Below, in pieces: positions 38,352 to 47,997 of a stretch of 64,000 bases of DNA. Origin of the DNA: an uncultured Chitinophagales bacterium (GTDB taxonomy: Bacteria > Bacteroidota > Bacteroidia > Chitinophagales > UBA8649). The position numbers were made by a program, and so were the translations under genes. The DNA lies in assembly GCA_964655225.1 (NCBI GenBank), contig CAZZMB010000005.1, forward strand, positions 2,919 through 66,918. Direction: 5' to 3'. Each line of letters opens with the position of its first letter. The stretch's first letter is position 1. Under the pieces are notes generated by a model, which saw nothing but the letters and a program-made list of their open reading frames with translations, was not told the DNA's origin and did no database searches.

Positions 38352-39277
38352 TGAGTTTGTTGAGCCAAAAACACCTATTAGGGATTCAAGATATTAGCAA
38401 AGCGGATATTCGTTTGATATTCGAAACGGCGAAACAATTTAAAGAGGTTTTAAATCGACCAATTAAGAAGGTGCCTTCCCTGAGGGATATCACTATAGCC
38501 AATCTGTTTTTCGAAAATTCAACGCGAACTAGGGTGTCGTTTGAGTTAGCAGAAAAACGTCTATCTGCCGATGTGGTTAATTTTTCTGCTTCTTCATCTT
38601 CGACTAAGAAGGGAGAAACTCTCATTGATACAGTAAATAATATCTTGGCCATGAAGGTAGATATGATTGTTATGCGGCATCCAAGTCCTGGAGCGCATGC
38701 AATGCTCTCGAAGCACGTTGATGCACAAATAATTAATGCAGGTGACGGAACACATGAGCATCCAACTCAAGCACTGTTAGATGCTTTTAGTATGGAGGAG
38801 AAGGTGGGTGATTTGAATGGAAAAAATATCTTGATATGCGGAGATGTAAAGCATAGTCGTGTTGCGTTATCGAATATCCTATGTTTGAAAAAACTTGGAG
38901 CAAAGGTCCGGGTATGTGGTCCTCCAACATTGATCCCCAAGTATATAGAAAGTATGGGTGTGCAAGTGTCCTATGATATGAAAGAGAGCCTGGCTTGGTG
39001 CGATATTGCTAATGTATTAAGAATTCAATTGGAACGGCAGGATATTAAATATATACCTAGTCTACGCGAATATAGTATTGCTTTTGGTATTAATAAATCC
39101 CTATTAAATAGTCTAAAGAAAGAAATTGTCATTATGCATCCTGGCCCAATGAATAGGGGGGTTGAAATAGATAGTGATGTAGCTGATTCTGAACATTCCA
39201 TTATACTTCAACAAGTTGAAAATGGGGTTGCAATTCGCATGGCTGTATTGTATTTACTTGCAGGCAAAAAAGAGTAA
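38351..39277 (+). CDS. pyrB: aspartate carbamoyltransferase catalytic subunit
   Basis: The NSTRTRVSFE, HEHPTQALLD and MHPGPMNRGVEI signatures are present. Confidence 0.95.
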   Translation: MSLLSQKHLLGIQDISKADIRLIFETAKQFKEVLNRPIKKVPSLRDITIANLFFENSTRTRVSFELAEKRLSADVVNFSASSSSTKKGETLIDTVNNILAMKVDMIVMRHPSPGAHAMLSKHVDAQIINAGDGTHEHPTQALLDAFSMEEKVGDLNGKNILICGDVKHSRVALSNILCLKKLGAKVRVCGPPTLIPKYIESMGVQVSYDMKESLAWCDIANVLRIQLERQDIKYIPSLREYSIAFGINKSLLNSLKKEIVIMHPGPMNRGVEIDSDVADSEHSIILQQVENGVAIRMAVLYLLAGKKE

Positions 39278-39331
39278 TTTTTTTTAACTCAAGTACTATG
39301 CATTTGGTGTATTCATAATAAATTTGGTAAA

Positions 39332-40507
39332 TTGAGAATATTGCAACTTTGTAAAAAATCACCAACTCCACAAATTGATGGAGAATCTATTGCTATTCAT
39401 CAAATTTCTAAATCTATAGTTGCTAAAGGCCACCAACTTGATATTTTGGCAATGTTAACCGAGAAACATGCTCAATACGATAGGCAAGGGGAGTTGAATG
39501 ACGCGAATTATAGCTATGTAAGGGTGCGCACGAAAATTAGTGGGCTGGGAGCATTTAGGCGTATTTTTTCTAAGATTCCATATATTGTTGAACGGTTTTT
39601 TAATCAAGAATTTTTATTAGCCTTAATTCAGCTGTTGGGCAAGCATAAGTATGATATCATTATTTGTGAAGGAGTTTTTTTAGGCCCTTATTTGGAATCG
39701 ATTCGAAAATATAGCACTGCTAAGGTTGTTTTGAGAGCGCATAATGTTGAGCATATTATTTGGAAGAGGCTTGCAGCGTCCTATAATATTGGGTTTAAGC
39801 GATTTTATTTAAGACGAATTATGGTTCCTCAATTCACTCGCTATGAAGCGCAAGTCATACAAGATATGGATGCGCTAATTCCAATTTCTCCGGTAGATGA
39901 GTCTTATTTTCAGGGTTTAACCAAGATTCCTATAAAATGTATACCTGTAGCATTGGATAAATATGAAAAGGCTGATTTGCCTCGTAAATTTTCAGTTGGT
40001 TTTCTTGGAGGTTTAGATTGGCAGCCAAATGTTGATGGGATAAAATGGTTCCTCAATGAGGTTTGGAAACCCTTCGTGGCAGATGGGAAGGATGCAGAGT
40101 TGCAGATAGCTGGCAGGAATACTCCTAAGGAGATGTTTAGTTGGGATTATAAAAAGGTAACTGTTTTGGGTGAAGTTGCCAGCGCCCATACATTCCTAAA
40201 CAGTCAAAGTGTTATTGTTGTGCCTATATTTAGTGGAAGTGGGATGCGTGTAAAAATTATTGAGGCAATGGCTTTAGGTAAATGTATTTTAAGCACCACG
40301 ATTGGAGCGGAAGGAATTCGCTGTGTGGATGATGAACACATCATTTTAAGTGAGTATTCTCATGACTGGATAAAGGCTTTGAAGGATTTGATGACTTCTT
40401 CTGAGCGTGTCAATAGAATCGGGGTCGCTGCAAAAAAGCTTACTGAACAAGAATATAGTATAGAACGATACACTGGAGATTTAGACGTATTTTTGCAGGG
40501 ATTATGA
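39332..40507 (+). CDS. glycosyltransferase family 4 (GT-B fold)
   Basis: It starts with MRILQL (TTG start codon). The C-terminal region VVPIFSGSGMRVKIIEAMALGKCILST carries the E-x7-E-type motif of GT4 enzymes. Confidence 0.85.
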   Translation: MRILQLCKKSPTPQIDGESIAIHQISKSIVAKGHQLDILAMLTEKHAQYDRQGELNDANYSYVRVRTKISGLGAFRRIFSKIPYIVERFFNQEFLLALIQLLGKHKYDIIICEGVFLGPYLESIRKYSTAKVVLRAHNVEHIIWKRLAASYNIGFKRFYLRRIMVPQFTRYEAQVIQDMDALIPISPVDESYFQGLTKIPIKCIPVALDKYEKADLPRKFSVGFLGGLDWQPNVDGIKWFLNEVWKPFVADGKDAELQIAGRNTPKEMFSWDYKKVTVLGEVASAHTFLNSQSVIVVPIFSGSGMRVKIIEAMALGKCILSTTIGAEGIRCVDDEHIILSEYSHDWIKALKDLMTSSERVNRIGVAAKKLTEQEYSIERYTGDLDVFLQGL

Positions 40508-41694
40508 TCGATTTTTTGACAATTATTTTGATATTTTCTATTGCTTTGGTTGTTTATAGCTACCTTCTTTACCCAAGGATATTATCTTTTATCGCACGAG
40601 ATAAATCACTGAAAGGGGCGTTTTATTCACTGGAAGAATTGCCCAAAATTGCCTTGGTGTTTGCGGCTTATAATGAAGAGAAAGTAATTGTCCAAAAACT
40701 TCAGAATATTGATCAGTTGAACTACCCATCTACCTTGTTGGATATTCATGTTGGTTTGGATCATCCAGATGACCAAACGGCCACGTTGATCCAGCAAAAT
40801 ATTCCATCTAATTTCTCTTTGGATGTGCACCATTTTAAAGAAAGGAGTGGAAAGGCTAATGTATTAAATAAAATGTTTAATTACTCTTTACAATTAACTG
40901 ATTATGAAATTATTGTAATGATGGATGCTAATATTATTAGCAAGGATAATTGCCTGATTGAGTTGGTTAAATACTTTAAAAATCCGAAGGTTGGATTGGT
41001 TGGAGCGGTTGTAGAAAATACAATTCTAGCAGGATCTGAAATTGCCGAACAAGAACGATTTTACATGGCAAAAGAAAGTAAAATAAAGGTTAACGAGGGG
41101 CTTCTTTTTGGTGCAACAATTGGTGCGTTTGGAGCATGTTATGCGATTCGAACGAAGCATATAGTTTCAATCCCGTCCAATTACTTAATGGAGGATTTTT
41201 ATTTAAGTTTAAATGTCTTGAAAGAGGATGCATCATGTATTACTAATCCCGCTGCTATTGTTTACGAGGATTTAAATGGAAGTATGCGAGAAGAGTTTAA
41301 ACGTAAACGCAGAATTTCAACAGGTAATTTTCAAAACTTGAAAGCATATATTCACCTAGTTTGGACAAAAAATTGGCGAATAGGTTTTCCTTTTGTTTCT
41401 CATAAAATTCTGCGTTGGTTTAGTCCATTTTTACTACTCTTGTCGATCGCTACTTGCCTTGCCTTGTTTATATTAGATGGGGGTAACGCTTTTATTCGTT
41501 GTGCGTTTATATTGATGCTTCTTAATTTAATTTCACCTGTGTTAGATATTGTTTTGAAGCGAGCAAATATTAGCGTAAATTTGCTTCGAATACATCGATA
41601 CTTTTTATGTATGAACATTGCGATGTTCTTGGGGTTTATTGATTGGATTAAAGGGGTTAAAACAAATATTTGGAAACCTACAAAGAGATTATGA
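40504..41694 (+). CDS. membrane glycosyltransferase family 2 (GT-A fold plus C-terminal TM bundle)
   Basis: It has an N-terminal TM helix, FAAYNEE, an MDAN (DxD-like) motif, a QRRW-like region (RRISTGNFQ) and about 4 C-terminal TM helices. It shares ATGA overlaps with both neighbours. Confidence 0.85.
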   Translation: MIDFLTIILIFSIALVVYSYLLYPRILSFIARDKSLKGAFYSLEELPKIALVFAAYNEEKVIVQKLQNIDQLNYPSTLLDIHVGLDHPDDQTATLIQQNIPSNFSLDVHHFKERSGKANVLNKMFNYSLQLTDYEIIVMMDANIISKDNCLIELVKYFKNPKVGLVGAVVENTILAGSEIAEQERFYMAKESKIKVNEGLLFGATIGAFGACYAIRTKHIVSIPSNYLMEDFYLSLNVLKEDASCITNPAAIVYEDLNGSMREEFKRKRRISTGNFQNLKAYIHLVWTKNWRIGFPFVSHKILRWFSPFLLLLSIATCLALFILDGGNAFIRCAFILMLLNLISPVLDIVLKRANISVNLLRIHRYFLCMNIAMFLGFIDWIKGVKTNIWKPTKRL

Positions 41695-42908
41695 GTAATA
41701 TAAAGATGAATAGCATAGAAGAAGCCTTGGCTGATATACGTGAAGGGAAAGTTATCATTATTGTGGATGATGAGGATCGGGAGAATGAGGGAGATTTTGT
41801 CACTGCGGCAAGAAATGTTACCCCCGAGGTAATCAACTTTATGGCCAAGGAAGGTCGAGGTTTAATTTGCACGCCACTGACAGAGGAGCGGTGTGATGAA
41901 CTTGAGTTAGACTTAATGGTTGGAAAGAATACGGTTTTACATCAAACTCAATTTACGGTTAGTGTTGATCTAATTGGTAAGGGCTGCACGACTGGTATTT
42001 CTGTGCAAGATCGTTCTAAAACGATTCAAGCGTTAATTGATCCTAACACCAAGCCTGAAGAACTGGGGAAGCCTGGTCATATATTCCCTTTAAAGGCCCG
42101 TAAGGGAGGTGTTTTAAGGCGCGCGGGTCACACTGAAGCAGCTATTGATATTTCGCGGTTGGCTGGTTTTGAGCCAGCAGGTGTGTTGGTTGAAATATTG
42201 AATGAAGATGGAAGCATGGCGCGGTTGCCGGATCTTATGATAGTTGCCAAAAAACATAACTTAAAGATTATCTCGATAGAGGATTTAATTGAGTATCGAT
42301 TAAAACATGAAAGTCTTATTCAGGAAGAGGTGCAAATTGATATGCCAACAAAGCATGGAGAGTTTAAGTTAACAGCCTTTACCCAAATGAATACGGGAGA
42401 TTTACATTTCGCTCTTTCCAAAGGAGAGTGGAATCCAGGTGATCCTGTCTTAACTCGGGTCCATTCTTCATGTTTAACGGGCGATCTATTAGATTCTTTA
42501 AGATGTGATTGTGGGGATCAACTTTCAGCAGCCTTACAAATGATAGAGAAGGAAGGTCAAGGTTTATTGCTTTATATGCAGCAAGAAGGTCGTGGAATAG
42601 GTTTATTAAATAAACTCAGGGCTTACAAATTGCAAGAAGAAGGATTGGATACTTATGAAGCCAATGAGAAATTGGGATTTGATATGGATCAACGGGACTA
42701 TGGGGTTGGTGCGCAAATTTTAAGGCATCTAGGCGCAACAAAACTAAAGCTTATGTCCAATAACCCGAAGAAAAGAGTAGGATTGATTGGATATGGCATT
42801 GAAATAGTTGAAAATGTTTCTATTGAAATTTGTGCTAATCCGAATAATGAAAAGTATCTCCACACTAAAAAGGAGAAGGGTGGCCATGAAATCCTCAGAA
42901 ACAATTAA
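41691..42908 (+). CDS. ribBA: bifunctional 3,4-dihydroxy-2-butanone-4-phosphate synthase / GTP cyclohydrolase II
   Basis: The DHBPS motifs [10 protein letters not shown] and GHTEAA are followed by the GCH II zinc motif ([17 protein letters not shown]) and EGRGIGL. The ATG at 41691 overlaps the GT2 stop (ATGA). Confidence 0.95.
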   Translation: MSNIKMNSIEEALADIREGKVIIIVDDEDRENEGDFVTAARNVTPEVINFMAKEGRGLICTPLTEERCDELELDLMVGKNTVLHQTQFTVSVDLIGKGCTTGISVQDRSKTIQALIDPNTKPEELGKPGHIFPLKARKGGVLRRAGHTEAAIDISRLAGFEPAGVLVEILNEDGSMARLPDLMIVAKKHNLKIISIEDLIEYRLKHESLIQEEVQIDMPTKHGEFKLTAFTQMNTGDLHFALSKGEWNPGDPVLTRVHSSCLTGDLLDSLRCDCGDQLSAALQMIEKEGQGLLLYMQQEGRGIGLLNKLRAYKLQEEGLDTYEANEKLGFDMDQRDYGVGAQILRHLGATKLKLMSNNPKKRVGLIGYGIEIVENVSIEICANPNNEKYLHTKKEKGGHEILRNN

Positions 42909-44361
42909 GCATCCCGTTGTTGTTATTGGTGCCGGCATAGCTGGTCTAGCAGCAGCTTGTCGTTTAGCACGTCAAGGGGAAAAAGTCATTCTGTATGAAT
43001 CGGCACCCACTTTCGGGGGCAAGGTAGGTGAAATTAATAATAAGGGGTTCCGATTTGACAAAGGTCCTTCGCTGTTTACGCTTCCCGAGATATTAGATGA
43101 ATTATTTTTGGATTGCGGTAAAAATCCTCGTGATTTCTACAGCTACTATCAGCTTCCTGTGGTGACCAAGTATATCTATCCAGATGGTTTGCAACTTAAA
43201 GCATATGCCAATCTAGAAGATTTTAAGCAAGAGCTTATTAATAAATTGGGTGAAAAAAAACTGGACTTGGATCGTTTTTTCAAACATATTCAGCAGGTTT
43301 ATGATTTTGTGTTCCCCATTTTTTTAGAAAATCCTATTCGAGAATTTAAGAAGCATCTGAAAGTTTCCTGGTGGGAGTCTTTTAAGATGTTGATGAAAAT
43401 AGAAAGTTTTAAAACTTTAGATGCTAGCAACCAGTCGTGGTTTAAGCATAACAAAACGGTACAACTGTTTAATCGGTTTGCTACATATAATGGTTCTAAT
43501 CCCTATAGGGCTCCTGCCACATTAAATGTAATTCCGCATCTAGAACATAAGCTAGGTGCTTATTATGTAAAGGGAGGGATGCGTAAAGTTGTGCAAGCAA
43601 TGTATGACTTGGCGGTGGATCAAGGTGTTGAGTTTAGATTTAACTCTCCCGTGAGCCAAATCTTGATTGAAAACGGAGCGGCTAGGGGTGTAGTGATTAA
43701 TAATGCGGTGGTGCCAGCCAAAGCTGTCTTTTGTAATATGGATATCAACAAAGCATATCCTGCTTTACTGCCAAAAGAACCTCAACCAAAGCTTTTACTT
43801 AATCAAGAAAAATCTACATCGGCCTTGGTATTTTATTGGGGAATGAATTTATCTGAGACTAAGTTTGATGTGCACAATGTGCTTTTTTCTAAAGATTATA
43901 AATATGAATTTGATTGTCTTTCAAAAGGAGAAGTAAGTGATGATCCTACGGTTTATGTCTACATCAGCTCAAAAGCAGATTCAGGTGATGCCCCGAAAGG
44001 AAAAGAAAACTGGTTTGTAATGATAAATGTTCCGCCAAATAAAGGACAAAACTGGCCAGGTATTATTGAAACTGCACGGAAGAATATTCTGGATAAGTTG
44101 AACCATCATTTTGATGAAGATGTGTCAGCTTTTATTGAAATGGAAGAAGTTTTAGATCCGATTAAAATTGAACAGTTTACATCTTCTTATCAAGGAGCCT
44201 TGTACGGAAATAGCAGTAATAGTATGTTTTCTGCATTCTTAAGACACCCCCATCAAAATAAAAAGTTAAAAAGTTTGTTCTTTGTTGGAGGGAGTACTCA
44301 TCCGGGTGGAGGAATTCCTCTTTGTTTACTATCAGCTAAAATTGCAACTCATGCCTACTGA
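42886..44361 (+). CDS. crtD: CrtI-family carotenoid desaturase, CrtD (1-hydroxycarotenoid 3,4-desaturase)-like
   Basis: It has the N-terminal Rossmann motif [14 protein letters not shown]...YE...GGK, the [23 protein letters not shown] block that I recall as typical of CrtD-type members, and a C-terminal [11 protein letters not shown] motif. The start at 42886 overlaps the ribBA end by 23 nt. Confidence 0.75.
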   Translation: MKSSETIKHPVVVIGAGIAGLAAACRLARQGEKVILYESAPTFGGKVGEINNKGFRFDKGPSLFTLPEILDELFLDCGKNPRDFYSYYQLPVVTKYIYPDGLQLKAYANLEDFKQELINKLGEKKLDLDRFFKHIQQVYDFVFPIFLENPIREFKKHLKVSWWESFKMLMKIESFKTLDASNQSWFKHNKTVQLFNRFATYNGSNPYRAPATLNVIPHLEHKLGAYYVKGGMRKVVQAMYDLAVDQGVEFRFNSPVSQILIENGAARGVVINNAVVPAKAVFCNMDINKAYPALLPKEPQPKLLLNQEKSTSALVFYWGMNLSETKFDVHNVLFSKDYKYEFDCLSKGEVSDDPTVYVYISSKADSGDAPKGKENWFVMINVPPNKGQNWPGIIETARKNILDKLNHHFDEDVSAFIEMEEVLDPIKIEQFTSSYQGALYGNSSNSMFSAFLRHPHQNKKLKSLFFVGGSTHPGGGIPLCLLSAKIATHAY

Positions 44362-45001
44362 CTCAATTAAAAATAGACCTTCTTTCATTGCTATGGGAGT
44401 TATTCTAATACTGCATTTTGTAGGAATTTTTGGATTGCATTCAATCTATTCGAATTATTTTGCGCTATTAACTCCACTAAACTTAATCATCACCTTTATA
44501 CTGATATTGCCTTTCAAGGAAAACACGAGCTCAAGATTGATTGTATTTTTCATCTTAGCTTTTGCTTTGGGAATGCTTGTGGAGATTATAGGCGTGCAAA
44601 CTGGAATTCCTTTTGGAAGCTATTATTATACCTCCAGAATGTCCTTAGCAGTTTGTGGAGTCCCGCTCATGATTGGAATCAATTGGTTTCTTTTAAGCTA
44701 CGGCTTAATTAGTGGCGTAAATTACCTTGCTAAAGATGTTTTTTTTATCTGGAAAGTTTTACTGTGTGCGGCTTTAATGACATTTATGGATATACTAATT
44801 GAGCCCTTTGCCATAAAGCATCAATTGTGGGTTTGGGAAAGTGCTCATGTACCTATTCAAAATTATATAACTTGGTTTGTTGTTTCTTCGATTATTTTTT
44901 TATTCGGCTTTAAAATTATTCCAAACGAAAAAAATAGGGTGGCGGCATTTACAATAGTAGTTTTTTTCTTGTTTTTTGGAGTAAACTATTTGATAAAGTA
45001 A
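44351..45001 (+). CDS. cruF: carotenoid biosynthesis membrane protein (Caroten_synth/DUF422, CruF-like 1',2'-hydratase candidate)
   Basis: About 216 aa with about 7 TM helices. It has the GVQTGIPFGSYYYT motif (G-x2-TG-x-PFG-x-Y-x-Y) and HQLWVWE. It overlaps the crtD-like stop by 11 nt and sits in carotenoid gene context. Confidence 0.65.
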   Translation: MPTDSIKNRPSFIAMGVILILHFVGIFGLHSIYSNYFALLTPLNLIITFILILPFKENTSSRLIVFFILAFALGMLVEIIGVQTGIPFGSYYYTSRMSLAVCGVPLMIGINWFLLSYGLISGVNYLAKDVFFIWKVLLCAALMTFMDILIEPFAIKHQLWVWESAHVPIQNYITWFVVSSIIFLFGFKIIPNEKNRVAAFTIVVFFLFFGVNYLIK

Positions 45002-45023
45002 TTGTTGTATATTAGTGACAAGC

Positions 45024-45890
45024 ATGGGACAGTATTCAATAAAAGACTTAGAAGTCTTATCTGGTATCAAAGCGCATACGCTGAGAATCTGGGAACAGCG
45101 CTACAAAATAGTTGAGCCCAAACGCACGGATACGAATATTCGGTATTATACGGACGAGCAGTTAAAAACTATATTAAATGTATCTGTTCTGAATGGTTCG
45201 GGGCGGAAAATTTCTAAAATAGCAAGTTTAACTTCAACAGAAATAGCACACGAAGTTTTAGCAATGAATCAAGAACACCTTAATGAGGGTGTATATATCA
45301 ATCAATTGGTTGAAGGGATGATTTGCTTAGATAAAAAGTTAATACTCAATATTCTTAAAAAATCAGAAAATTTTGATTCGCTGACAGATTTCTTTTTAAA
45401 GGTAGTTTTCCCCTTTTTAGCTAGGGTGGGTATGTTGTGGTCTTCGAATAGTATCAATCCCGGTCAAGAGCATTTTGCCTCCAACATAATTAAGAGGTTT
45501 CTACTAAATAAAATAGAAAGTCTTAGTGAGCCACATTCAGATGATCCAATGTTCTTATTGTTTCTTCCTGAGGGAGATTGGCACGAGTTAAGTCTTCTGG
45601 TAGCAGAGTATATTTTAAAGAATAATGGAAACAGAGTGCTGTATCTGGGAGCATCTGTTCCGGATAGTGATGTGAAAGCGATATTAAGTCTGACTAAAAT
45701 TGACTATTTGTTGTGCGTCAGTATCCTATCCCAGCCCTTAGAATCGATTCAGAATACAATCAACCGAATCGCTGAACTTTCTCATCCTGTTGCTCTCATG
45801 TTTGCTGGAAGAGCGTTTTATCATCCGGATTTAAAGTTTCCAAAAGAAGCTAGAATTGTATACTCCTTCGAGGATCTAGGCGCTTCTTAA
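45024..45890 (+). CDS. MerR-family, B12-binding light-responsive regulator (CarH/LitR-like)
   Basis: It has the N-terminal MerR HTH (YSIKDLEVLSGIKAHTLRIWEQRY), a W-x9-EH motif (W at 45438-45440, EH at 45468-45473) and a D-x-H cobalamin lower-ligand motif (DWH, 45576-45584). The usual Gly of DxHxxG is Ser here. Confidence 0.8.
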   Translation: MGQYSIKDLEVLSGIKAHTLRIWEQRYKIVEPKRTDTNIRYYTDEQLKTILNVSVLNGSGRKISKIASLTSTEIAHEVLAMNQEHLNEGVYINQLVEGMICLDKKLILNILKKSENFDSLTDFFLKVVFPFLARVGMLWSSNSINPGQEHFASNIIKRFLLNKIESLSEPHSDDPMFLLFLPEGDWHELSLLVAEYILKNNGNRVLYLGASVPDSDVKAILSLTKIDYLLCVSILSQPLESIQNTINRIAELSHPVALMFAGRAFYHPDLKFPKEARIVYSFEDLGAS

Positions 45891-45896
45891 CATATT

Positions 45897-45983
45897 TTGT
45901 TTAACATTGTGGAAAATTAATTAAACAAAACTCTTTGTGTTTAATTTTATTTTGTTTAGGTTTACGTCATAAAAGTTAAACAA
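45897..45983. promoter_or_regulatory. repeat-rich promoter/operator region upstream of the ECF-sigma-crtI-crtB operon
   Basis: There are five copies of the same about 8-9-bp motif: TTGTTTAAC (45897-45905), ATTAAACAA (45920-45928, inverted), GTGTTTAAT (45937-45945), TTGTTTAGG (45952-45960) and GTTAAACAA (45975-45983, inverted). The outer pair is a perfect 9-bp inverted repeat. The inner pair, ATTAAACA-N10-TGTTTAAT, is a perfect 8-bp inverted repeat. Confidence 0.45.
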
Positions 45984-45984
45984 A

Positions 45985-46518
45985 ATGATTCTAGCAAAAA
46001 ATTTCTACCAGGAAGTGAAGCCTTTTGAGCTTCTTTTAAAATCTGTTGCCTTCAACTTGACCAAGTCATCCGCAGACGCAGAGGATTTATTACAAGACAC
46101 TTATTTTAAAGCTTGTAAAAGTATAAGCAAATATCAGGAAGGAACAAACCTGAAAGCTTGGATGATCACTATAATGAAGAATACCTTCATAAATAATTAT
46201 CGCAAGCGCAAGAAAGAGCAGGAAACAATTTCCAAGCCGGGTGAAATAAATGACAGTATGTTGCATCACAGTGCAAGAGAAATAGAGCCTGGTGTACGAA
46301 TTCTTTTAAGTGAGACCATTAAAATGGCGATTGATACCCTAAAACCGGAAATGAAAATTACCTTTATGATGTATTTTCAAGGTTATAAATACCATGAAAT
46401 AGCTGAAAAATTAGACTTACCTTTGGGTACAGTAAAAAGTCGAATTTTCTTAGCGAGAAAAGAAATGGTTGCATTCCTTCAAAAAAACGGAATCCACCAC
46501 TCGAGTTTAGCATCATAA
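45985..46518 (+). CDS. ECF-type RNA polymerase sigma-70 family factor
   Basis: Region 2 (DAEDLLQDTYFKA...LKAWMITIMKNTFINNYRK) and region 4 HTH (YKYHEIAEKLDLPLGTVKSRIFLARKEM). The stop overlaps the crtI ATG (TAATG). Confidence 0.85.
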   Translation: MILAKNFYQEVKPFELLLKSVAFNLTKSSADAEDLLQDTYFKACKSISKYQEGTNLKAWMITIMKNTFINNYRKRKKEQETISKPGEINDSMLHHSAREIEPGVRILLSETIKMAIDTLKPEMKITFMMYFQGYKYHEIAEKLDLPLGTVKSRIFLARKEMVAFLQKNGIHHSSLAS

Positions 46519-47993
46519 TGAAAGATACAATTGTCATAGGAAGCGGTTTTGCAGGTTTAGCAGCTGCTTGCTATTTGGCTAAGGAAGGAAAAAGTGTTCT
46601 TGTCCTAGAAAAAAATGAAAGTATAGGTGGACGTGCCTCTTTCTTTAAGGCTGAGGGTTTTTCTTTCGACATGGGTCCGAGTTGGTATTGGATGCCAGAT
46701 GTTTTTGAGAAATTCTTCTCAGACTTTGGCAAAAAACCAAGTGATTACTACACCTTAGAGCGACTTGATCCTGGATATAAAGTATTTTATGGCAAGGAAG
46801 ATGAGTTTGAAGTCCCTGCCTCTACCAAAGATCTGGGTCTACTTTTTGAAGAATTAGAACCTGGAGCAGCAATTCAACTCGAGAAATTCCTCAAAGATGC
46901 AAAGTACAAATACGATCGTGGAATTAATGACCTCATAAATAAACCTTCGTTAAGTTTATTGGAGTTTGCTAATCCTCTTTTATTGAAGGATTTGTTTGCA
47001 TTGGATTTACTAAGTTCGATTGAAGGTTTGGTAGGTCGATACTTTAAGCATCCAAAGATTCGTAAGTTATTGGAGTTCCCTTCGTATTTTTTAGGAGCTA
47101 CTCCAAATAAAATTCCAGCACTTTACAGCTTAATGAATTTTGCAGACCTTCAATTAGGAACCTGGTATCCTATTGGTGGAATGCACGAAATCATCAAAGC
47201 TATGCATAAGGTGGCCTTAGACTTAGGGGTTGAGTTTCATACCGATACTGCAGTCGAAAAAATAAATATAGATAATGGTGTGGTAACCAGTTTAGATACA
47301 AATAACGGGGTATTTAAATCAAAAAGTGTAGTGGCAGCAGCAGATTATAACTTTGTTGAGCAAAATTTAATTCCAGCATCATACCGACAATATGACGCTG
47401 CTTATTGGGATAAGCAAATTTTGGCTCCTTCTTCCTTAATATTTTATTTAGGTTTTAATAAGAAAATCAAAAATCTGCGCCACCACAATCTATTTTTTGA
47501 TAAAGATTTCAAGGCCTTTGGGGAGGATATTTATGAGCAGCCAAAATGGCCAGAAGAACCATTGTTTTATGCTTGTGTTCCCTCAAAAACAGATGAATCA
47601 GTAGCTCCTGATGGTTGTGAAAATATTTTTCTACTTATGCCAGTTTCTCCGGATATAGAGGGTAGTGATGATATCCATACGCATTACTTGAAGCTCATGT
47701 TAGATCGAATTAGCGACTTTACCGGGGAGGAAATCAAAGCTGAAAATATTGTTTTTAAAAAGTCCTTTGCCCATCAAGAGTTTAAAGATAGATATCATGC
47801 TTTTAAAGGAAATGCCTACGGTTTAGCAAATACTTTAAAACAAACAGCTATTTTTAAGCCGAAAATGATGAACTCAAAAATTAATAATTTAGTTTATGCA
47901 GGTCAATTGACTGTCCCAGGCCCAGGAGTACCCCCCTCATTAATTTCCGGGAAATTGGCAGCTGAACTGGCTATTAAACATTGTAAAATATAG
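46518..47993 (+). CDS. crtI: phytoene desaturase (CrtI type)
   Basis: IVIGSGFAGLAAACYLAKEG...LEKN...GGRA, FDMGPSWYWMPDVFE and the C-terminal YAGQLTVPGPGVPPSLISG are classic bacterial CrtI blocks. Confidence 0.9.
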   Translation: MKDTIVIGSGFAGLAAACYLAKEGKSVLVLEKNESIGGRASFFKAEGFSFDMGPSWYWMPDVFEKFFSDFGKKPSDYYTLERLDPGYKVFYGKEDEFEVPASTKDLGLLFEELEPGAAIQLEKFLKDAKYKYDRGINDLINKPSLSLLEFANPLLLKDLFALDLLSSIEGLVGRYFKHPKIRKLLEFPSYFLGATPNKIPALYSLMNFADLQLGTWYPIGGMHEIIKAMHKVALDLGVEFHTDTAVEKINIDNGVVTSLDTNNGVFKSKSVVAAADYNFVEQNLIPASYRQYDAAYWDKQILAPSSLIFYLGFNKKIKNLRHHNLFFDKDFKAFGEDIYEQPKWPEEPLFYACVPSKTDESVAPDGCENIFLLMPVSPDIEGSDDIHTHYLKLMLDRISDFTGEEIKAENIVFKKSFAHQEFKDRYHAFKGNAYGLANTLKQTAIFKPKMMNSKINNLVYAGQLTVPGPGVPPSLISGKLAAELAIKHCKI

Positions 47994-47997
47994 ACCT

